64,000 nt of DNA from Iphione sp. A-MEVVRFRX5 (Eukaryota). Below the pieces are notes generated by a model. That model worked only from the letters and a program-made list of their open reading frames with translations, was not told where the DNA came from and made no database searches. Below, in pieces: positions 51,190-60,815 of this stretch. The stretch covers positions 1,798,001 through 1,862,000 of the forward strand of contig OZ320313.1 of NCBI GenBank assembly GCA_976226885.1, written 5' to 3'. A program made the position numbers and the translations under genes. Position 1 is the first letter of the stretch, and every line of letters starts with the position of its first letter.

Positions 51190-51950
51190 CCGCCTCTCCA
51201 ACCACTACCACCGCCACTGCCACCGACCAGCCCACTTTCTCCGCCTCCGTGACACGACCCACTATATGTAACCAGTAAAGATCAATAAAGTCTTTCTTCT
51301 TATTGTCTCTCATGAATTCTAAAGGTTGTCTTATGTTGTACTTTATGCATTTTTGACCGTTTGACCTGAAACTCAAGTCCTACGACTGCCTCTCCAACCC
51401 CCACACTGCCACCGACTAGCCCACTTTCTCCGCCTCCGTGACCTGACCCACTATATGTAACCAGTAAAGATCAATAAAGTCTTTCTTCTTATTGTCTCTC
51501 ACGAATTCTACAGGTTGTCTAATATTGTGCTTCATGCATTATTGACTGTTTGACCTGAAACTCAAGTCCGAGGACCACCTCCTCATCCACTGCAACTGCC
51601 ACCAACCAGCCCACTTTTTCCGCCTCCTTGACTCGACGCACTATATGTAACCAGTAAAGATCAATAAAGTCTTTCTTCTTATTGTATCTCATGAATTCTA
51701 CAGATTGTATAACATCATGCTTCATTTATTATTGCTGTTTGACCTGAAACTCAAGTCGTAGGACAACCTCTCCAACCACAGCCACTGCCACTGACCAGCC
51801 CACTTCCTCCACCTCCTTGACTAGACCCACTATATGTAACCGGTAAAGATCAATCAAGTCTTTCTTCTAATTGTTTCTCATGAATTCTACCTGTTGTCTA
51901 ATGTTGTGCTTCATGTATTATTGACCCTTTGACCTGAAACTAGAGTCCTA
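51190..51950. repeat. Tandem array, about 189 bp x 4
   Basis: CACTATATGTAACCAGTAAAGATCAATAAAGTCTTTCTTCTTATTG...GACCTGAAACTCAAGTCC repeated four times. Confidence 0.92.
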
Positions 51951-53084
51951 GGATCGAAATGAGAAGTTATTCTAAACGAACTCTGTACACGTTTTATTGC
52001 AGATTTTAATACAGATAACTATTTGATATATGCACATATACGGGGCTACTAGAAATGAGTGAGTTGATATTTCATAGAAAGGCGCAGAAGAAAAAGAAAT
52101 GCAGGGAGCCCCTTTGAAAAAAAAACAAAAATCGCACAGTGAAGAAAGGGAAGGCAACGACCAGGCATCGCCTCAACCAGGTACCAAAGAAATCACTCAT
52201 AAATTTACTCTCGCTTATGACACCACGCATTATCTAACAATGTTTGTTGCAACAACAAAAGCTCGACGCTTAACTATACTTCGACACAACTACCACAGAC
52301 TGAACGTCTCCCGTTCTATGTTGACTAAATATTTCAATGAAATATTACGGGAAACTGCATAATACTAGCAGACAGACAACTGGAGCTACAGTCCACACGG
52401 GATACTCTTTCTGATGAACGTTATCTTTTACTCATTCTGACATTCCATTCATACCCCATGCCTAGAATTTCAATGTAATGCCCATAATCTTCCAGACCCC
52501 ATGACGACAGGAACAAATGGAACTATTTGTTTTGTTCAAGACCACATGCTGCGGAAAACTGCCAGTCTTATTGACTAAATTCCAGATGCCATGCCTGAAA
52601 GACTTTTACATTCCAGACTCGATGCGCATCGATGCGCATAATAATGTTTGTAATGTTCCTTACATTCTACTCATTTGTCCTGGAGAAATATAGCACAAGT
52701 CAGAGATAGTATCTGTACTGAAAAAGAGAGTTGCTGGTACTATCGTTTTTTTCTACCCCATTGTGGTGTTGTAGTCTCCACTGATCCATCATTGTCAGTA
52801 TTTAAAAAATACAAGATCGACATTCCATCAAAAACCAAATCATAATTTTAGGCAGGAAAAAGTCTACTCAGAGCTACATATGTGTTCCTTTTCTGTTTTT
52901 TTTAATAAAGTATTGACATTGAAATAAAATGAAGATACTACCACAATATATCACACAGCTAGGCAACCGTTAGTGGCCCAAGAAAAAATGCTAGAAAAAC
53001 AGCACACAGGAAAAAGTTGATTGACTGGTTGCTAAGCAGCGAGAAGTTTCGGTAAAACATTGTGCTTTGGTAACACATAGCAAC

Positions 53085-53450
53085 AGGACATTCATATATA
53101 AACCAGTCAAAGCACTTCCTTTGTTATATGATTGTTAGAACTCACCTGAGTGTGTTGGTTACCAACAGGTCACCAGTAGCTAAGGAAACATAAGTTTTGG
53201 TGAAGAACTTGTACTATGGTAGCACATGACAACCGGACATTCATATATAAACCAATCAAAGCACTTCCTTTGTTATATGATTGCTAGAACTCACCTTAGT
53301 GTGTTAGTAAGTGACAGGTCACCGGTCGCTCAGGAACCATACGTTTCAGTGAAGAACTTGTACCATGGTAACACATAGCAACACAACTCTCATATAAACC
53401 AATGAAAGCACTTCCTTTGTTATATGATTGCTAGAACTTACCTGAATGTG
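53085..53450. repeat. Tandem array, about 149 bp x 3 (third partial)
   Basis: CATATATAAACCA.TCAAAGCACTTCCTTTGTTATATGATTG.TAGAACT at about 53090, 53239 and 53389. Confidence 0.88.
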
Positions 53451-54719
53451 CTGGTACTGTGTTGCTTTAGTGATATAGGACGGGTACCCTGCTCTGTTAG
53501 TCGCACATGTTAACTGGTACCTCTTCCTGTAACTCCTTGACGTAAATGGCCAGTTGGACACATACTGACAGCTTGACTAGCTGTCCTTCACAGCACTTGT
53601 TTCATTCTTCTTTCTTTCTTTTCTTGACCTCTGTAAATTCCATCCTCATTTCCTCCTCTTTATCTCCCCACTACCTTTACCTGTCTCTGCCTTCACTCTT
53701 AGTATTTACCTGCGTAAGACTGCCAGTTGGACCTTTACTCACCACTCAGCTAGACAGCCCAGAGTTAATGGTACATCCCTCAGGTTAGGACCATTTGTGG
53801 GATTGTCACCCCTGCAGGTGGATGTCTGTTGCAATGGTAGATCAAAACATTCATTTGCACTTGTCACATAAGAACACTTTGTAAATTTGTTCCGGTTGAT
53901 GTTTCGATTCTTGACGTACAGTTTCATAGAGTTCCATCTAGGAAATTAGATATACAGAGAGAATTCCAAAACCGAACGATCGCCGTTTCCGCCAAAATCG
54001 TTCGGATTTGGGATAATTCGTATTTGGAATTGTGGCCTGAGGCCACTCTCAATTTCACACAGTTAGATATACATGTACTGATTCACTGACGGAATGTTGG
54101 ACTGCTGCTGGTGACCAGAAAGAAACACTGTCCGACCCTTATACACGATGCTCTATTCAGACACTAGGTACAGGGTTCCAAAAATACGACAATCTGAGAT
54201 AGGAACAGAATTAATTCCTAGGTATTTCAATGTGAAAATACCTCTCTAAAGAGACCACTTTGAGCTGCTGGAAACTTGTCACCTCACCCTGCAACCACCC
54301 TCCTGTCCTGCTTCACACCTCTGCCAGCAATTTCCTTGATGACACGTCCCTTTCTAACACTTTCATCACTGTGAGTGGTCTTATATATGAATCTTTCATC
54401 CCTCACATATCTACCTGCCTCTCTGTCCCTCATACCTTCATTTTAATTATATTTCCCATGTTTATTTCTCTTTATTCAAAATATTTTCTGTACTCCTGAT
54501 CCTTTAATGAAAATGTATGTCCGTAGAACATTATGGAAGATCTGTTGTTTTTTCAATGTAAGTAAACATGATAATAAGATGTCTGCAGATATACCTCTAT
54601 CTAGTAAGACTACTTTCCATTGTGACCGGTTGAACTCAGAATAGAGTGTGGTTGTATTAGTGAGGGGATACTGTACAGTCTGCCCTATGTCCCCAAGGCA
54701 GTCGGTGTACCAACCTTTA

Positions 54720-56060
54720 CATGCAATATACACCACTAGGTGCAGTCATCAGTATGACCTATATCCACTAGATAGGCAATGGACCACCCGTTACATGCAA
54801 TATACACCACTAGGTGCAGTCATCAGTATGACCTATATCTACTAGATAGTCATTGTACTGTTGGCCTGCTCTAGCCAAATACTCCGTTCCTGGACGATCT
54901 TTATATCTTAATGCTCTGAGGCACACCCAACCTATTGAATTATTATTTGGTACTCCATTGCCATACTTTTCCATCTCCAAACATGAATGCTTGATATTGT
55001 ACCAGACAACATATTTATTACTACATAAATGAATGACTGGAGGTTTCCAGCATGACAAATAACAGAATATACACAGTGTCAAGTGACTAGACACCAGAGA
55101 CAAAGGCTGAGACTGTACCAAGCCTGATAGTCATTGAAATAAAGTTTTAACACTTGGTCAATGAGCAAAGAATTTTGTATAACCGAAGTATTTCCGTATC
55201 CAGATAAAATTCTCTACAATGGACCCCTGTTAGGGAAGCGCAGCCTGACTGTAACACCCGTTACATGCTATATACACCACTAGGTACCACTAGGTACTAG
55301 GTAGTAGTGAACTATGCAAACTAGTGAATCAATATGTGCCGTTTTATTTGCTATATACACCGCTAGGTATTACTGTCAGTGTGACCTATGTCTGCTAGAC
55401 AGCCAATGTATGTAAGGACCTCTACATGGTATATACAACACTAGGTACGTATCCAACCTAGTAAATCAATATGTGACTCTTTACCTGTTATATGCACTGC
55501 TAGGTATTGCTGTCAGTGTGGTTTATGTCCATTAGAACAGTCAATGTATGTCAGGACCTCTACATAGTATATATAACACTAGGTACGACCATTAGTGTGA
55601 ACTATGCAACCTTGGGAATCAATATGTGACCCTATACCGATTATATACACTATGAGGTATTACTGTCAGTGTGGTCTATGTCCATTAGAACAGTCAATGT
55701 ATGTCAGGACCTCTACATAGTATATATAACACTAGGTACGACCATTAGTGTGAACTATGCAACCTTGGGAATCAATATGTGACCCTATACCGATTATATA
55801 CACTATGAGGTATTACTGTCAGTGTGGTCTATGTCCATTAGAACAGTCAATGTATGTGAAGACCTCTACATAGTATATATAACACTAGGTTCAACCATTA
55901 GTGTGAACTATCCAACCTTGGGAATCAATTCGTGACCCTTTACCTGTTATATACACTGCTAGGTATTACTGTCCATGTGACCTATGTCCGCTAGGCAGTC
56001 AATGTAAGGACCTCTATATGCAATGTACACAAGTAGGTACGACCATCAGTATGCAATAAA
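54720..56060. repeat. Related arrays: 73 bp x 2 (54.72-54.85 kb) and about 152 bp x 4-5 (55.25-56.06 kb)
   Basis: TATACACCACTAGGT..CAGT.TGACCTAT monomer. The 152 bp unit consists of two diverged monomer-like halves. Confidence 0.85.
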
Positions 56061-57283
56061 TGTATGCCTTCCTGCTGTATCCTTTCCTATCCTATCCATT
56101 TATTACTCTGCATTCTATGTGACCCTTTTCCAACCAACCGCCCATCGTACATTCCCTCTACCCTCAACATATATTTGCAGAGAGGGACAGGTAGTTAGTT
56201 TACCTTCAGTCCCAGTGCTCTACCATGATAAAGCACCAGGGTCTACCCATTGAGGCAGCAGTAGAATGTGCTCTCATCTTCTCTGTTGAAACAGTCCCTC
56301 CATGTCAGGGTCTCCGCTTCCCGGCTTCCTTTACTCGTGGCTCCCCCTGGCGTCTAGGCCTGTTCCTATCAAGTATTCATTCCGGCTATCTTATATACCC
56401 CGGCGTAGTCAGAGCGGCCCTCGGCGGCCCGTTAGGGCGCCCCCTGGGGAGAGGCGGGTACAGATAGGCAGTGGCAGCTCCACCTGGGGGGTCTCAAAGC
56501 AAACATGGAGGGCTTGGCTTTTGTGGTCGTCGACACACGGAGAGTGTCCTCAGGCCAGACATCGCCCCGGGGATTGGACCTCTCATCGTCAAATCTCCCA
56601 AGATGCACCGCTGATGGAGGACGCTCCGGATTGGATGTGTAATGGCGTCCCCCTCTCCCTTCTCTCACTCCATCAGATCCCAACCTGGTAGATGCATGGA
56701 GCAGGGGTAGAGGGTAGGTAGGGAGATGGGGGTGGGGCGTTAGATGGTTACTTACATCAAGGGCTGCTAGTATATGGGCACACGAGAGACGTACCCTCCA
56801 CCTTGATATGAACGAAATCATCCTGCATCGTTACAGGTTTCCAACTCATTCAGTTCAAATATAGCCCTCACCCTAGAATAACACTTGCTACGCAGGCACA
56901 CAGGCTACTCTTACACATTCTACCGAAGTCTACCTCTCATCTTAAGTTATATAATATATTCCATGTGAAAAAACATGTTCTCATTCATTCCATCAATTTC
57001 TACAACTCACCTATACATTGATGACACCTATTTCCCACTTTCTTTGTCATTCACCTTGAAATATATGAAGCATCTCATGCTCAAACATATTATTCTCACT
57101 CCACCTAATCCTACCACCTACGTCGCAATGAATTGAAATACCGCCTACTGGAACATATTTCCCACTTACTCTTGTCAATTCCACTGCTCACTTTGAAATA
57201 ATTACACATTTATTTCAACCACTCTACCTAATTATACAATTCACCTTGAAATGAATGAAGTATACCGTAGACAGACGTATATA

Positions 57284-57408
57284 TAGTAACATGCCTCTAA
57301 TCAGGACACCCTTGGTTCCTTTCTTTAACTGTCGCTGATTTAACATAAGAAAAATAGAATCAAATGTGTACTTATTAGAGACATGTCCTTATTAGAGACG
57401 TGCCCCTG
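57284..57408. mobile_element. Small degenerate Tc1/mariner-type MITE remnant
   Basis: GCCTCTAATCAGGAC on the left versus GTCCTTATTAGAGAC on the right (13/15 inverted match). Confidence 0.4.
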
Positions 57409-58322
57409 AGATGTTTCTCACTCACTCTACCCATATGCTTCTGCTTTCCTTACCAAAGACACATGCACTGTGTAAATATTGCCCATCGTCGATAAATCTT
57501 GGTGTGAACGGATTATGTTGAATCTGATGAAACCAAAACCGGTGTGAGCCCCTTGGAATAGTTAATAAACCTTGATATACTAAAGACTTGTTAAACAATG
57601 ATTGTCATTAATTATGACAAGGGAATACGCTGTAAGTGGAAGTGCAGATATCTATAATTGTAAGAGCTGATTTCATTTTGATGTTATATCTTCTACGTTA
57701 TATCCCTAATTAGATTTTGATGTCTAAGCTTGTCAGCATACTCATATTAAACCAGGGACAGCTGGGCAAGGCTTTAAGATTTGTAATATACTGCATAGCA
57801 CATGTGTACAGGTAAATTACAGACTATGGATAGACCTTGATACGGACTTCACCAGAATGGACCTATCGGTGACGTTTGAATAAACGGGTACTATTGACTT
57901 TGCTTTTACTTGTCACAAAATGTCACAATTTGATTGGTTGCTTCCCATTATGACATCACAAACAATACAAATCGCATCCGTAGTGCCTGTTTTGTTTGTG
58001 AACTGCTGGCAATCGGCTCATTAAGGGAGCGATGGTGAAGAATATATACTGCATAATCTAGTGTATTTGAATGCCACAGTGTGGGTTTCACCAAGAATGA
58101 AGACAGGTTAGGTGAGACCTACAGGTTAACCATATTATAGCAGTTGAATTGAATATATATAGGAAGTGTTGATGGTGGTGTGTAATTTTCAGTGTCAGTC
58201 TTCCTATGCTATCGAAGACAATTTCCATGTACTACTAGCCTCCAAAAACAGAACCGTAGTACATGTACGTGTTAAAACAAACGCTTTGTTCCACTCTACG
58301 GTCCGTGTTACTAGCAGTACAT

Positions 58323-60758
58323 GTCATAGACAAGATCAACACGATACAGGAAGCGGCTACCTCACTCAGATCAACAGACACTCCTTTCACCCTGGACGAG
58401 CTAACTCAAGCCCTCCATGGGAAAAAGGACACTGCACCTGGGGATGATGGCATCAGCTACTCAATGCTAAAAGAATCACCACGCAAATTCAAAGAGGCCC
58501 TGCTCCAACTCTACAACCTCTCCTGGGAGTCAGGTGTGCTACCCAAAACCTGGAAGACTGCAACTATTGTGGCAATCCCCAAGTCCAACCAGGAAGGTGC
58601 CTTCCGACCAATATCCCTTATCAGTTGTATTGCAAAGACCATGGAGAGGATGGTCCTAGCACGACTCAACCACACAGTCCCAACATTCCACCAGAACATC
58701 CTGGGTTTCACCAAGGACAGAGGAACAGCAGATGCAATAGCAACTGTAGCCAATGCCATCTCCAGGAAACGCAGGACGAACAAAACCACTGCTGTCTTCC
58801 TAGACCTGGAGAAGGCCTTTGAGCTTGCCAATGCCACTGCCATCTTACACTCAATGGCCTCCTCTGGAGTAGGGGGTAGATTACTTACCTGGATAGAGGA
58901 CTTCCTAATGGACAGGAAAGCAAGCGTCATCTTCCAGAACAACAGATCTAATCCACAGGACTTCCAAAATGGTGTCCCTCAAGGAAGCTCGCTTAGCCCA
59001 ACGCTCTTCAACTTCTTGGTAGAAAGATTAATGCAGGTCCAACTACCACCACAGACCCAACTCATCGCATATGCAGATGACCTAGCACTACTCTACACAG
59101 GAAAGCATCCAGGGACAGTAGTACAACAAGCACTCAACACTTTGGAAGTAGAGACCAAATCCCTTGGCCTCAAGATCTCCACTGAGAAAACAAAGGCTAT
59201 GCACTTCTCCATAGCAGCCCCCAACTGCACACTACATTTGAATGGAAAGGACATTGAGTGGGTCAAAGAATTTAAGTACCTGGGTGTGGTGCTAGACCGA
59301 CTCCTGACATTCAACAGACATGCAGACTATACTGCCAAGAAGACAAGCAAGAGACTCAATGCCCTGAGAGCAATATCATCCTCAAACGGAGGAGCAAATC
59401 CCCGAGTCCTAAGTGCAGTCTACCTTGGAGCCATTCGACCAATCCTAGAGTATGGAAGCCCAGCCCTCACAACAATCTGCAAGATAGCTGGGAAGAAGCT
59501 GGAACGACTACAGAACAGTGCATTGAGGACCATCCTGCGGCTGCCCCCATGGACCAACACAGATGCAATGAAAACAGAAACAGACATACACCCACTACAT
59601 ATACACCGACATACACTAACAGCAAACCTCATCTGCAAGAGCATGACACAAGACAGACGCCCCCTACATCAGACAGTAAGAGAAGCACTAGAAACACCTC
59701 AGCACTGCACAACCTGGGCAAGCCAAGCAATAAAGATCTGTGGGCCCCTTCTCCCCCCAGAACTTGCGCCTGAGCCCCATGAGGAAACCCGGCCACGATG
59801 GACAGGAATCTTTATCAAGACCGAACTGCACAAGCCCTTCCAGAGGAAAATGGATGAGAATCCGAGCTCTATCTGAGATGCAGCCCTCCACCACATAGAT
59901 GAGATAACCTCTCCGCGAGACCTTCAGTACTACACTGATGGATCTGTTATCCTGGGAGGACAAGCAGGCTGTGCCTATGTCTCACCACATGGAACCAGAG
60001 CCTTCAGAGTCTCAGACCACTCATCCACCATCCAGACAGAGCTTGCTGCAATCCTTAGGGCAGTGGAAGATTCAGCCACACGCAACTACACCAGAGTTAT
60101 AATCCATACTGACTCACTAGGTGCCATTCAGAACCTACAGCAACACAGACCAAATGACAACATTCAACTAACTAACCAGATCCATAGAATAGCAGAAACA
60201 GCAATGGCCAGGTACCTCATCAACTGGATCCCAAGCCATGTGGGAATACCTGGAAATGAGGCAGCAGACAAAGCGGCCAAGATAGGTGCCAGGAAACCAC
60301 ATGTTGACATCAACATCCCCTTGAGCAAAAGACAGATCAAAACCAAGATCAGGCAACAAGCTATGGACCCATGGAATACACAAACAGAAGCAAGTGCATC
60401 TGCAAAATGGAACAAACAACTCCAAAATGGCAAGACAACATAAATAGACATTCCAGTCCCCTTCAGAACTTCAATTGCCATGATGCGAACAAGAACAAGA
60501 ACATATCGAGAGATAACAAGAGACTACACTTGTCCCAGATGCACATACCAAGTAAACCGGATGGTCATCCACTACTTGGCTGACTGCCCTGCCCTACAGA
60601 GAGAACGACAGAAGCTTCTGGAACACTTAAGTGAGCAGCTGCACACAGCCCCAGTAGATGACCTGGCACTGCACATCCTAAAGTCACAGTCCCTCAGGCA
60701 CTACCAGGAACTGATTGCCTTCCTACGGAAGCACCCACTAAGCAATACTCCTCTGTAG
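58323..60758 (+). pseudogene. LINE ORF2 (RT-RNase H-zinc knuckle), disabled by two in-frame stops
   Basis: Track ORFs 58263-59876, 60063-60443 and 60480-60758 are all in the same frame. They are separated only by TGA at 59874-59876 (context ATC TGA GAT, likely CGA>TGA) and TAA at 60441-60443. No frameshift was seen. Confidence 0.92.
59925..60290 (+). CDS. RNase H domain of LINE ORF2
   Basis: YYTDGS (D1 within 59931-59942), QTELAAI (E), HTDSLGAI (D2), WIPSHVGIPGNEAADKAAK (H and D3). This is the canonical RNase HI catalytic pattern. Confidence 0.93.
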
Positions 60759-60764
60759 ACCAGG

Positions 60765-60815
60765 GGTGCCAGTTCTAAAGAACAGGGCACCTTCGACTGT
60801 CCAAGGACAGTCGAA
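60765..60815 (+). other. Two abutting stem-loops in the LINE 3' UTR
   Basis: First hairpin GGTGCC-A-GTTCT-AA-AGAAC-AG-GGCACC (60765-60791). It is followed immediately by the perfect TTCGACTGTCC-AA-GGACAGTCGAA (60792-60815) and then the tail. Confidence 0.8.

Noticed and set aside
56432-56821. 129 aa minus-strand ORF with a possible leader exon MISFISRWRVRLSCAHILAALD|GTAAGT
   Set aside because: The nearest downstream acceptor gives an immediate stop, and there is no recognisable homology.
58263-58321. ATG at 58263 as the start of the RT protein
   Set aside because: Similarity to LINE ORF2 begins only at about 58323, after the candidate TSD. The upstream codons are flanking DNA read in frame by chance.
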